Positions 10,340-20,499 of a stretch of DNA of 64,000 nucleotides are shown one piece after another. The stretch comes from an uncultured cyanobacterium (GTDB lineage: Bacteria; Cyanobacteriota; Cyanobacteriia; Cyanobacteriales; Cyanobacteriaceae), in assembly GCA_963749915.1 (NCBI GenBank), contig CAVVOP010000021.1, forward strand, positions 32,001 through 96,000. The letters are read 5' to 3'. The position numbers were made by a program, and so were the translations under genes. The notes beneath the pieces were generated by a model that made no database searches, had not been told where the DNA came from, and saw nothing but the letters and a program-made list of their open reading frames with translations. The number at the start of each line of letters is the position of its first letter. The first letter of the stretch is position 1.

Positions 10340-11997
10340 TAGTAACTCATTGTTCGCTTATTTGAAAAAGTAAAAATTTGAAAAATAACTTCAAATGTTT
10401 AATAGATAAGGATTTTAGCCAAAAAAGTAGCAACGAAGTATAGAAGGTAGGGGAGATGATTTTTGTTAGCGATTTTGATACTATAACTTACTCTCAAAAA
10501 TAAAAATTATCAGACTTGGGCTACACCACAAAAATCAGTTAGTGTAATCAATACTATAATAAAAGGAGATTGATTGACTCAACATGAAGTTTTTTTGTGG
10601 GCAGGAGAAATGTATTGGGATTTTCCTCCAATTTAATTATTTTTCCCTTTTTTATTATTGTCTAAAATACGCTAATCATTAATAATTTTTCGGCGGTGGG
10701 ACGATTAGTACTGCGTTTAGGATTACCATCATAAAGACCTGCTAAACTTGATTGAGATTGATGTAATTCACGGCGAACTACAAATTCCATCAGGGTAAAC
10801 ACCCTCAAAGCAATGGTTAACAAAAACATCAATCCTCTAATTTTGTCTTCATCCCTGAAATAAATGGGTAAAGCGGATAAACGACCTTTTTTAAAGCGGT
10901 GAAACCCCTGTTCTGGTTGCCATTGTTCTTTGTAGGATTCTACTGCTTCTGTCAACGTTAATCTATCCTTCGAGGCATTTGTTACATATAAACGCCAACC
11001 TGCTAGTTTCTCCATTTCATTAATTTCTCCTTGACAACGTTGATAGCCGAGGGTCAAAGTAGTCTTGCGTACTCGGCGATAAGATGACGATTCAGAACGA
11101 TTTCCAAATCCTTGATACACCTTGTCATAACTCATCTTTTTTTCGATTGAATATTCCATGTATTTTGAGATCCGATTGCTTTTTAGTATCTCTTCTACTT
11201 TCCTACATAATACTTGCTCCTCATTTCCAGGTCGCTGTGCTAAGGTAGCTAAAGCTTTTTCCCCTTTGAGTAAACGACTGTGTAAACCCTTAATTTGACG
11301 AGATGCTAAGGCATTTGATTTTACTACTAACCATCTTTCTTCCCACTAATGGCATTCCACAGGGATCTAATGTACCCAACATTTGACGATATTGTTGTAA
11401 ATCTGGTCGTTTATCTTTACTGTAACCGAATTTTATCAAAGATGATTCTTGCTCTGTTTCTGATGTTTGATGATATACCGCAAAACTTGTAGTATCACTT
11501 CGGGCTTTTTGGGTTGGTAATTCATAAGCTTTGATTAAATGCTTCGATAGGGATGTTTCCATCGTAGGAATGCTTTGCTCACCACTAATTCCAATGGTTT
11601 TTAACAAGTCTCCGCAACGGTCATCTGTAGCATCTTTTTCGGCTATGTTCCATCCTGTTATGGCTGAAAGACTGTGATGATGGTCATTAACCCATTTTTC
11701 TAGACAACAAAGGCGATGGTCTGCTTCACTGATAATATACGTGAGTAATAATACAGCTAGTTGACCATAACTTAATCCTTTGCGATTACCATGAGGTGTC
11801 AATAAATTTTCATCGATGATTGCGGCAATATTCATTTGCGTTAGCCAATAGATAATTAATGGTAAATCATCTACTCGTTCTGACTGGATTTGTGGAATAA
11901 TCTTTTGACTCCATGTTGCTTAATGCTTTATCCAGTCCAGATTTTAACCTTTTTTTGTCAGTTATCTGATTTTATTTAAGCGAACGATGAGTTGCTA
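10340..11997 (-). mobile_element. Degenerate IS1634-family insertion sequence
   Basis: Terminal inverted repeats TAGTAACTCATTGTTCGCTTA (10340-10360) and reverse complement TAGCAACTCATCGTTCGCTTA (11977-11997), 2 mismatches; encloses transposase fragments. Confidence 0.8.
10662..11914 (-). pseudogene. IS1634-family transposase pseudogene (start out of frame, internal deletion)
   Basis: QSERVDDLPL, FGYSKDKRPDLQQ, GWRLYVTN and EQGFHRFK motifs; jumps from DPCGMPLV directly to WEERWLVV near 11345. Confidence 0.82.
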
Positions 11998-12146
11998 GGT
12001 CTCAAGGTTTGTTTAAATTTTGGGTGTCTTTTCAGTTCTCTTACTGACGTGGTGTCCTGGATCTAGATTGAACAATCTCCTTTATCTGCAACAATGGAGA
12101 ACTTCCGTTCTAAATCCACGAAAGTCTTATAGAAATATCAAGTTTT

Positions 12147-14246
12147 TCAAGTAGCTTGGGCGATCAATACGACACAGGAACGAGCTTCAACGGGATAGGT
12201 ATCCCCCGTATGGGGGGATATCTCGCCCAATTCACAGAATGCCTCCGGCAGAGACAGTGCCGTGTTCACCACGCGATGCCAGCGTTCTCCCTCACCCAAG
12301 AGAGGCAGTTCAAACTCCAGTTCCTCCCAATAGGCATTGAGCATGACGTGCAGGTATTCCTTGGACTGGGGATGGCGCAGGGAAAAGGCGAGGCTGCAGG
12401 ACTCATCACTCCAATCTGGCTGTCCTAACTTAACCCCGTGCCAGCTAAGGTGGGGTTTGCGACTGGCGTAGGAGACTTGGAGTCGAATTTCCTGGCGGAA
12501 TACTTCTAATCCTTGAATGAAATCAATCAGCCGCCGCAAGAAGCACCACAAATCGAACTGTGCGTCAATCTGATCCCAGTCCAACCAAGTCAATTCGTTG
12601 TCCTGGCAGTAGGCATTGTTATTGCCCTGCTGAGTGCGCCGCACCTCGTCTCCCATCAGGAGCATCGGCGTTCCCTGAGACAGAAAGAGGATGGTCAAGA
12701 AGTTCTTAATTTGCCGTAGCCGCAAAGCTTCTATTTCGGCATTGTCCGTCTCGCCCTCCTCGCCGCAATTCCAGCTAAAGTTGTCATTAGCCCCATCCCG
12801 ATTGTCCTCCCGATTAGCTTCGTTGTGCTTGCTGTTATAGGACACGAGATCGTTGAGGGTAAAACCGTCGTGACAGGTGATGAAGTTAATGCTGCGGTTG
12901 ATATCCGTATCCTGCCGCCGGTAGATATCGGGACTGCCTAAAATTCTCGCTGCCAGCGTCCTGACCATTCCTGCGTCCCCCTTGACAAAGCGGCGCACGT
13001 CATCCCGAAAGGGACCGTTCCACTCGGCGAACCAGTCGGCATGCTCCACGAACCCTCCCACTGCGTAGAGTCCCGCCGCATCCCAGGCTTCGGCGATCAG
13101 TTTCGTCCCCGCCAGAACAGCATCCGATTCTATCGCCCAGAGGATGCTAAATGTCCTCGCTCCTTGTCGGTGGGAAAAGGGTTGCCCTTGAGCGTCTCGG
13201 TCCAAGACAGCTGCCAAATCGAAGCGGAAGCCATCAACGTGCATTTCTGAGACCCAATAGCGCAGGGAATCTAAAATCAGGCGCCCACCAATAGGGTGAT
13301 TGCCTTTGAATGTATTACCGCAGCCACTGTAGTTGCTGTAAGCTGCCGGGTTGTCGGGTTCGAGAATGTAGTAAGTCGGGTTGTCCAGACCCCGAAACGA
13401 GAGGGTCGGCCCCTTTTCGTTCCCTTCTGCAGTGTGGTTGAAGACCACATCAAGGATGACTTCAATCCCCGCCCGATGCAGTGCCTTGACCAGATCTCGA
13501 AATTCGTTGAGGGGTCCTAGGGGGTCTTTATTGGAACTGTAATCCCGGTGGGGTGCAAAGAAGTTGGCGGTATTGTAGCCCCAGTAATTAATCAGCCCGT
13601 CCGGGGCTGATTCCGGGTCGAAATAGTGGACGGGGAGCAATTCAACGGCAGTAATCCCCAAATTTTTCAGGTAGGGAATTTTTTCCATCAGACCGGCAAA
13701 AGTCCCCCGCTTTTCGGGGGCGACTCCCGAATTGGAATGGCGGGTAAAGCCGCCGACGTGCATTTCGTAGATGACGCTGCTGGCGTAAGGGTGGTGCAAG
13801 GGGCGGTCTCCCTCCCAGTCGTAGGCACTCAGATCGACGACGATGCCACGCAAGGCTTGGGCACAGTTGTCTTTTCCTGGTTCCCGGGCGGCTTGGCGGT
13901 TGTAAATCGAGTAGCCGACGATCGCCTTTGCATAGGGATCGACAAGGACTTTACTAGGGTCGAAGCGTAGTCCTTTCTCTGGCAGTTCTGGCCCGTAGGC
14001 CCGGTAGGCGTAGACTTGCTCGGCCTGCGGCCCCTGAACAAAAACGTGCCAGTAATGGTAAGTGCGGTTCTGTTCAGGCGTAAGGCTAATGATCTGGGCT
14101 GGTTCGGGGTCGTTAGGTGCCGCAAACAGAAGCAGTTCGATTTTTTCGGCGTGTTGGGAAAAGAGCGAGAAGTTAATGCCATCGGAGAAGACAGTTGCAC
14201 CGGGGGGATAGCTCTGGCCAGGTAAAACGGGAAAATTAAAATTCAT
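12147..14246 (-). CDS. glgX: Glycogen debranching enzyme
   Basis: NYWGY, DVVFNHTAEG, DGFRFDLA, AEAWD and NFITCHDGFTL motifs; likely start MNFNFPVLPG at 14246. Confidence 0.95.
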   Translation of the reverse strand: MNFNFPVLPGQSYPPGATVFSDGINFSLFSQHAEKIELLLFAAPNDPEPAQIISLTPEQNRTYHYWHVFVQGPQAEQVYAYRAYGPELPEKGLRFDPSKVLVDPYAKAIVGYSIYNRQAAREPGKDNCAQALRGIVVDLSAYDWEGDRPLHHPYASSVIYEMHVGGFTRHSNSGVAPEKRGTFAGLMEKIPYLKNLGITAVELLPVHYFDPESAPDGLINYWGYNTANFFAPHRDYSSNKDPLGPLNEFRDLVKALHRAGIEVILDVVFNHTAEGNEKGPTLSFRGLDNPTYYILEPDNPAAYSNYSGCGNTFKGNHPIGGRLILDSLRYWVSEMHVDGFRFDLAAVLDRDAQGQPFSHRQGARTFSILWAIESDAVLAGTKLIAEAWDAAGLYAVGGFVEHADWFAEWNGPFRDDVRRFVKGDAGMVRTLAARILGSPDIYRRQDTDINRSINFITCHDGFTLNDLVSYNSKHNEANREDNRDGANDNFSWNCGEEGETDNAEIEALRLRQIKNFLTILFLSQGTPMLLMGDEVRRTQQGNNNAYCQDNELTWLDWDQIDAQFDLWCFLRRLIDFIQGLEVFRQEIRLQVSYASRKPHLSWHGVKLGQPDWSDESCSLAFSLRHPQSKEYLHVMLNAYWEELEFELPLLGEGERWHRVVNTALSLPEAFCELGEISPHTGDTYPVEARSCVVLIAQAT

Positions 14247-14322
14247 CTTGGGGATCTCATGATTGATTTTTGGTTGATCTAGGGGCAGGAGGCAGGAGAG
14301 GATCGTCAATAGTTAATTTAAA

Positions 14323-14342
14323 CTTGTCCCCGCCTACGCGGG
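14323..14342. repeat. REP-like hairpin, left of ppk1
   Basis: CTTGTC-CCCGCCTACGCGGG; 14-bp core repeated directly at 16544-16557. Confidence 0.75.
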
Positions 14343-14361
14343 TATGCACAACAGCTTACCT

Positions 14362-16521
14362 TCAGTTAAATGTCGATTTTTCCCGTTCCACCTGTGCCCT
14401 TTCCCAGAAGATTGTTTGTGCACTGCGTTCGGGTTCATCCTCTGCTGGATGACGCTGGACGTATTGACCGTCCGGCTGGAGTTCCCAAGCGTGGCGGTTG
14501 TCAGCTAGCAAGATATCCAGGATCTCTTTCAGTTTTGACTTGATCTCCGGATCAGCGATCGGGGTCACGGCTTCCACCCGCCGGTCTAAGTTGCGGGGCA
14601 TCCAGTCGGCACTGCCGATGAATGATTCTGTCTGTCCGCCATTATGGAAGTAGAAAATGCGGGAGTGTTCCAAGTAAGCACCAACGATGCTGATGACGCG
14701 GATATTTTCGCTAATTCCCTCTATTCCAGGACACAGGCAACAACTGCCACGGATAATCAGGTCGATCTGGACTCCGGCTTGGGAGGCTTCATATAAAGTA
14801 GCAATGAGTTGGGGATCGACTAGGGAATTCATTTTTGCGATGATGCGGGCATCATCGCCGGTTTTTGCCCGCTCGATTTCTCGATAGATAAGTTCTCCCA
14901 GGCGCCGCCGCAAGTTGAAAGGGGCAACTAACAGTTGCCGTAAGGTAGGCTGCTGGGCACAGCCAGTCAGGCAATTGAACAGTTCCGTCAGGTCAGCTCC
15001 CAATTCTTCCCGACAGCTCAACAGCCCCAAGTCCGTGTACAGCTTCGCTGTCTTGGGATTGTAGTTGCCCGTGCCGATGTGGACGTAGCGGCGCAGGTCG
15101 CTACCTTCCTGGCGCACCACCAGCACGGTCTTGGTGTGGGTCTTCAAGCCCAGCACCCCATAGACGACGTGGACTCCTGCCGCTTCCAACTGTTGCGCCC
15201 AGGTGATGTTGCTGGCTTCATCAAAGCGAGCCTTCAACTCGACGAGGGCAACTACCTGTTTCCTGTTGGCCGCCGCCTCCATCAAGGCTTGGACAATGGG
15301 AGAGTCCCCGGAGGTGCGGTAGAGGGTCATTTTCATCGCCAGCACTTGGGGGTCTACTGCTGCCTGGGTGATGAAGAGTTGGACTGAGTCGTCAAAAGAT
15401 TCGTAGGGATGGTGGACGAGTAAATCTCCTTGGCGGATGGCATAAAAGACAGTTCCCTCCTCTGGAATTTCCTGACTGTCCCTCTCTCTGGCTAGTGCCA
15501 AGACCGGCCGGAGGCGCGGGGGAACAACAGGTGTCCAGGGGTGATCTTTGAGAGCCGGCAAGGGCAAAGAGAGGAAGGACATCAAATCCCCCAAGTTCAG
15601 CAGTCCTGTCACTTCATAGACATCCGATTCTGAGAGTGCCAGCCCTCTGATTAAGGTCTCTTTCAGGAAGGGAGTGGCAGTGGCTTGCAATTCTAGCCGC
15701 ACAGCAAATCCCTGGAAGTGGCGCTTGCTGATTTCTTGCTGGATTGCCAGTAGCAGGTCGTCAGCGGCATCCTCCCGAACGGGAAAGTCGGCATCCCGCG
15801 TCACTCGAAAACAGCAGGATTCCTCAACCGCCATCCCCGGAAACAGAGAAGCTAGATTCTGGGCAATGACAGCTTCGATCGCAATTCCCTTCCAGACGAC
15901 TCCGGGTTCGCCCTTCTCAGGCAAGGGGATGAAACGGGACAGGATGTCCGGCACTTTGACTCGGGCGAAGTGCTTCTCCCCCGTCCTTGGGTTCTTGACC
16001 GCTACCGCCAGGTTCAAGCTCAGGTTTGCCATTGAAGGAAACGGGTGAGCGGGATCGACAGCTAGGGGGGTGAGGATGGGAAAGATGTGTTTCTGGAAGT
16101 GTTCTTGCAGGTAGCGTTCCTGTTCGGCATTTAAGTCAGCCCAGTCCAAAAGCCCCACGCCAACAGCAGCTAACTGGAGGCGAAGTTCTCCTTGGAAATG
16201 TTGGTGCTGCTGCACCACCAGGGGGCGGAGGCACTCCTCAATGGCAGTGAGTTGCTGCTGGGGGGTACGCCCATCGGGAGTCAATTGACTGACCTGAGCT
16301 TCCACCTGTTCCTTGAGGGTCGAGACCCGAATCATGAAAAACTCATCGAGGTTGGAACTGAAAATGGCGCTAAATTTCAACCGCTCTAGTAAGGGAGTGC
16401 GGGAGTCGAACGCCTCGTGCAGGACGCGGTAGTTAAACTCTAGCCAGTTCAGTTCCCGATTGAAGTAGTACTGCGAATCTCGCATATTTATTTGGGGGGG
16501 AGATTGTTTGATTTTAGCCAT
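14362..16521 (-). CDS. ppk1: Polyphosphate kinase 1
   Basis: YFNRELNWLEFN, ELKARFDE, KTHTK, HIGTGNYN, LEHSR and SADWMPRNLDRRVE motifs. Confidence 0.96.
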   Translation of the reverse strand: MAKIKQSPPQINMRDSQYYFNRELNWLEFNYRVLHEAFDSRTPLLERLKFSAIFSSNLDEFFMIRVSTLKEQVEAQVSQLTPDGRTPQQQLTAIEECLRPLVVQQHQHFQGELRLQLAAVGVGLLDWADLNAEQERYLQEHFQKHIFPILTPLAVDPAHPFPSMANLSLNLAVAVKNPRTGEKHFARVKVPDILSRFIPLPEKGEPGVVWKGIAIEAVIAQNLASLFPGMAVEESCCFRVTRDADFPVREDAADDLLLAIQQEISKRHFQGFAVRLELQATATPFLKETLIRGLALSESDVYEVTGLLNLGDLMSFLSLPLPALKDHPWTPVVPPRLRPVLALARERDSQEIPEEGTVFYAIRQGDLLVHHPYESFDDSVQLFITQAAVDPQVLAMKMTLYRTSGDSPIVQALMEAAANRKQVVALVELKARFDEASNITWAQQLEAAGVHVVYGVLGLKTHTKTVLVVRQEGSDLRRYVHIGTGNYNPKTAKLYTDLGLLSCREELGADLTELFNCLTGCAQQPTLRQLLVAPFNLRRRLGELIYREIERAKTGDDARIIAKMNSLVDPQLIATLYEASQAGVQIDLIIRGSCCLCPGIEGISENIRVISIVGAYLEHSRIFYFHNGGQTESFIGSADWMPRNLDRRVEAVTPIADPEIKSKLKEILDILLADNRHAWELQPDGQYVQRHPAEDEPERSAQTIFWERAQVEREKSTFN

Positions 16522-16543
16522 CGTTTCTTGGGGATTTTATAGT

Positions 16544-16563
16544 CCCGCCTACGCGGGGACAAG
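16544..16563. repeat. REP-like hairpin, right of ppk1
   Basis: CCCGCCTACGCGGG-GACAAG. Confidence 0.75.
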
Positions 16564-16615
16564 CTTTAGCTTGGGCTTTACGTTTTGCTTTCTGCTCCGT
16601 TCAGGGTCGAATTGC

Positions 16616-18532
16616 TTATGGGTTCGCTAATTTTCTAACCTCGCTTATAATCCCATCAGGATCGATCCCCTGGTGAGGATACTGCTCCCACAGCCCACCA
16701 CAACCTTCTCGGTAAGTTCCCAGGTAGGCGTACTTAGGCGTTAAACCCCGTTCCAATAACCAGGAACCGAAGCGGCTCCCCAATCCCGTGCGGCGGTTGA
16801 AGGCCTCCACCACCAAAACGAAGGGGGACTGACCGATTTTTTCTATCATTTCCTCATCTACTACATTCAAGGTGGGTTTATTGATTAACCCCACGTCAAT
16901 TCCCTCCTGCTTGAGCCGCTCCAATGCATCCAGGGCACGATAGAGGCTATCACCGAAGCTGACAATGTAGCCCGCCGTTCCCTCTCGGACAACTTCATCC
17001 TTGCCAGGAATAAAGGTGTAGCCCTCGCTGTAGAGGTCTTTGCCTGACTTATCGAGGAGGTTAGGAACTTTGGAACGAGTAGAAAAGATGAAGCGCAGTC
17101 CAGGATCGTTGAATACAGCTTCCACGCAGGCTTTCATCTGTCCTGCATCGGCTGGGAAGTAGAGACGAGTCTCGTAGCTGTCCTCTAGGCCGTTATCGGC
17201 AAACATATTATTCAAGCCGAAGTGGCAGGTATTGTCCGCCATGTCGTCAATGCCGGCGTGGGAGAAGTGGCAGAGGACATTGGAGAAGTTGAGCCGAGCC
17301 ATGGTGATTTCAGAGATGCACATCTCTAAAAAGGCACTGAAAGTCCCGAAAATGCCCTGCTTGCCCTTCTTCATCCCAAAGCCCGCCGCCGCCGAAAAGT
17401 TAGCCCGTTCCATGATCCCCCCACTGATGAAGATTTCGGGATAGGCTTGGCGAATTTGTTGCAGCCCACAGGAACCTTCTAAGTCGCTATCTACACACAA
17501 GACCTTTTCCTGGCGTTCAGCTACGCTCAGCGAACTGAGGATGGAGACGACAGTGTCACCGAAGACATTACGGTTCGATCCCATCCGGCTACCAGAACCG
17601 AGATAGGTGTAGGGATTCTTCAGCTTGGGAATCCCTTTGAGGTAGGAGACTGCCTTGTCATGTCCCCGCTTTTCTAGGTAGGCAACGGCTAGGTCGAGGG
17701 AAATCACGTCGTGTCCATAGGTCGAGCCTTCCAGCCCTTCAATGCCAATGCACATCTTGCGCCGATTGATGACGGCCACCGGCCCGTCTGTCGCGACCGC
17801 TTGGCAGAGGCGGCGGTAGAGGTTGTCTAGATCTTCCCCTTCTCCCGCCAAGGTCGCCAGTCCCTGTCCCCCTAGGGTGCGGCTGAGGTCGTAGCCCGGT
17901 TGGTATTGGGAGGGGTGGCCGGCAATGGTCACGTCATTGTCGTCGATGACCAACTTGACGTTGAGACGGTGGGCGACGGCGAAGCGTGCGGCTTCCGCAT
18001 CATCTCCTTCCTGCTGCGCCCCGTCGGAACCCAGACAGAAGACGATTTTGTCGGCATTGGCTTTGGCGACTCCATTGACGTAGGGCCAGAGGTGTCCCAG
18101 CCGTCCAGAACTGAACTCGATGCCAGGAGTTAGTCCCAGTTCCGGATGTCCCGGCAGTTTGGAATGAGCTTCCCGGTAGTGGAGGAGGGCTTCGACAGAC
18201 AAGTGACCCCGCAACACTGCCATCAGGTATTGAGTAGCTACCCGGTGCCCTGCTTCGTCGAAGAAGATGGGGACGAATTTGTCGGGTGCACCCCGGAAGA
18301 AGGCATCGAGTATCATCACTTCGGGGACGGTGTCGTAGGGGCCTCCCGTGTGTCCGCCGACCCCTCTAGCGGCACCAGTGGCGGTAAAGAAGACGATCGC
18401 GTCCCGGCACAGTTGGATGTTGCTTTTGAGGGCCTCCTTCTGCTGTTGGGTCAATGCGGGCTGCACGGGGTCTAAGGCCAGGGGCTGATAGGTACTTAAG
18501 TCGAGTGGAAAAGTAGTTGTTGTTACAGTCAT
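16616..18532 (-). CDS. Atypical transketolase-like ThDP-dependent enzyme
   Basis: GGHTGG, DEAGH, LPGHPE, SGRLGH and GSDGAQQEG...DDN ThDP motif; probable start MTVTTTT at 18532 (638 aa). Confidence 0.8.
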   Translation of the reverse strand: MTVTTTTFPLDLSTYQPLALDPVQPALTQQQKEALKSNIQLCRDAIVFFTATGAARGVGGHTGGPYDTVPEVMILDAFFRGAPDKFVPIFFDEAGHRVATQYLMAVLRGHLSVEALLHYREAHSKLPGHPELGLTPGIEFSSGRLGHLWPYVNGVAKANADKIVFCLGSDGAQQEGDDAEAARFAVAHRLNVKLVIDDNDVTIAGHPSQYQPGYDLSRTLGGQGLATLAGEGEDLDNLYRRLCQAVATDGPVAVINRRKMCIGIEGLEGSTYGHDVISLDLAVAYLEKRGHDKAVSYLKGIPKLKNPYTYLGSGSRMGSNRNVFGDTVVSILSSLSVAERQEKVLCVDSDLEGSCGLQQIRQAYPEIFISGGIMERANFSAAAGFGMKKGKQGIFGTFSAFLEMCISEITMARLNFSNVLCHFSHAGIDDMADNTCHFGLNNMFADNGLEDSYETRLYFPADAGQMKACVEAVFNDPGLRFIFSTRSKVPNLLDKSGKDLYSEGYTFIPGKDEVVREGTAGYIVSFGDSLYRALDALERLKQEGIDVGLINKPTLNVVDEEMIEKIGQSPFVLVVEAFNRRTGLGSRFGSWLLERGLTPKYAYLGTYREGCGGLWEQYPHQGIDPDGIISEVRKLANP

Positions 18533-18539
18533 TTCAATT

Positions 18540-19979
18540 TTAGATTTTAGATTTTGGATTGCAGATCGTATGAATCTTGAGGAAGTTGGTGCCACCGGAT
18601 TTGCCCATCGGCACACCTCCCATCACCAGAACCTTGTCACCGGTCGCCGCAAAATTTCGTTGGATTAAATCCGCTTCGATTTTGGGCAGCAAGTCCTCCA
18701 AAGTTTCTTTGGGAAATTGCATCAAGACCGGTCTGACTCCCCAGTTCAAGCTAAGACGGCGGTAAACTTTCGGGTCAGGAGTGTAGGCGACAATGGGTAC
18801 TTGCGGACGCTCTTGGGAGGCGAGGTTAGCCGTGTAACCGGTTTCGGTAAAGGCGACAATGCACTGGAGATCTATCGTGTCATCGATCGCATGGAGTGCC
18901 TCACTAATAGCATCCGCATCGTCAATGCGGTTGGGTGGATAGTTGACAAACTGGGTGGCTGGCTCCACTTCGGTGGCAATGCGAGCCAGCATTTTAACCG
19001 ATTCCAATGGGTAATCGCCCACAGCAGATTCGCCAGAGAGCATGACTGCATCAGTGCCATCTATAATCGCGTTGGCAACGTCACTGGCTTCTGCACGGGT
19101 AGGACGGGGATTATGGATCATGCTGTCCAGCATTTGGGTGGCCGTGATCACCGGGATGCCTTTTTGATTGCACAGTTTGATGATCTGCTTTTGAATCAAC
19201 GGCACCTTTTCGGGACTCATTTCCACCCCTAGGTCACCCCGGGCCACCATGATGGCATCGCATTCATCGACGATCTCCTCTAGGTTAGCGATCGCCTGGG
19301 GTTTCTCCAGCTTTGCCAGTACGGGAATGTTCGCCCCTTTTTCCTTCAGCAACGCCTTCAGAGTTTGAATGTCCTCCGGTTTGCGAACGAAACTAAGGGA
19401 AATGAGATCAACCCCTTGCTCAATACCAAAATCTAGGTCACGCTTGTCCTTCTCGGTCATGGAAGGCAGGCGTAGATTTAACGTGGGGAAGTTGACCCCT
19501 TTGTGACTTTTGAGCAAGCCACCTTCGACGACTTGGCATTGAACTGCATTGCCATCGATTTTCCCTACCCGCAGTTCCAGCAGACCATCATCCAAGAGTA
19601 CCTGGGTTCCAGGTTCGGCTTCTTCTGCCATGTAGGGATAGTCGATGCCAACGGTATTGGGTTGTCCCGTGTAATCGGCGATCGGCAGCAGTGTCAGGGA
19701 TGTGTCTTCCTCAAGCATCACCCCCTCGGCAGGCAGATCCCCCACTCGGATTTTTGGTCCCTGCAAGTCTTGCAGCAACATTAACGGTAAATCCAATTCT
19801 TCAGAGGCGGATCGCAACCGTTTGATCCGTTCTGCGTGATCCTCATAGTTGCCGTGGGAAAAGTTCAGCCGAGCCACGTTCATTCCTGCCAGCAGCATCT
19901 TCCGCATCATATCGGGAGAATCGCTAGCAGGTCCGATCGTCGCTACAATCTTTGTACGGTGGATCAATAATGGTTTCAT
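18540..19979 (-). CDS. pyk: Pyruvate kinase
   Basis: [38 protein letters not shown] and MLSGESAVG motifs. Confidence 0.97.
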   Translation of the reverse strand: MKPLLIHRTKIVATIGPASDSPDMMRKMLLAGMNVARLNFSHGNYEDHAERIKRLRSASEELDLPLMLLQDLQGPKIRVGDLPAEGVMLEEDTSLTLLPIADYTGQPNTVGIDYPYMAEEAEPGTQVLLDDGLLELRVGKIDGNAVQCQVVEGGLLKSHKGVNFPTLNLRLPSMTEKDKRDLDFGIEQGVDLISLSFVRKPEDIQTLKALLKEKGANIPVLAKLEKPQAIANLEEIVDECDAIMVARGDLGVEMSPEKVPLIQKQIIKLCNQKGIPVITATQMLDSMIHNPRPTRAEASDVANAIIDGTDAVMLSGESAVGDYPLESVKMLARIATEVEPATQFVNYPPNRIDDADAISEALHAIDDTIDLQCIVAFTETGYTANLASQERPQVPIVAYTPDPKVYRRLSLNWGVRPVLMQFPKETLEDLLPKIEADLIQRNFAATGDKVLVMGGVPMGKSGGTNFLKIHTICNPKSKI

Positions 19980-20428
19980 AGTAAGCCTTCCTTTTTAGCC
20001 ATATACAGCATCAGATCGATAACCCTGAAAGAGTAGCTCCATTCGTTGTCATACCAAGACACCACTTTGAAGAAGTTGGAATTTAAACCAATTCCCGCTA
20101 GAGCATCAAAGATACTAGAACGGGGGTCGGTACGAAAATCCATGGAAACGATCGCGTCTTTTGCCGGATCGAATTCCTGATGATTCACTCCTACCACAAA
20201 AGTCCGCACTTTATCTGGGTCTTTAGTCGGAGCCGAAATCACAACTCGTTTTGCCCCGGCTGCCCGGTGATTTTCGGCTCCCTCATAGGTAGTAAACAGT
20301 CCAGTAGATTCGACGACATAATCAGCTCCCAGTTTGCCCCAAGGCAGTTCAGCTGGATTTCTGATCGCCAGACAGGGAACAAAATGCCCATTGATTTCAA
20401 TTCCATTAATACCGATTTTGAGTGTCAT
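19976..20428 (-). pseudogene. gap: GAPDH (gap1-type) with two in-frame internal deletions, 150 aa
   Basis: KIGING joins directly to IEINGH (FGRIGR lost); AIVS joins MDFRTD (NASCTTNC catalytic motif lost); retains VVESTGLF and SWYDNEW. Confidence 0.9.
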
Positions 20429-20465
20429 AATGAATCTCCTATCAATTCTTTATAATACCGAAACT

Positions 20466-20486
20466 GGGCGGGTAAGATGCCCGCCC
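20466..20486. repeat. GC-rich intergenic hairpin between glgP and gap
   Basis: GGGCGGGTA-AGA-TGCCCGCCC. Confidence 0.6.
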
Positions 20487-20499
20487 CACAAAGACCTTA

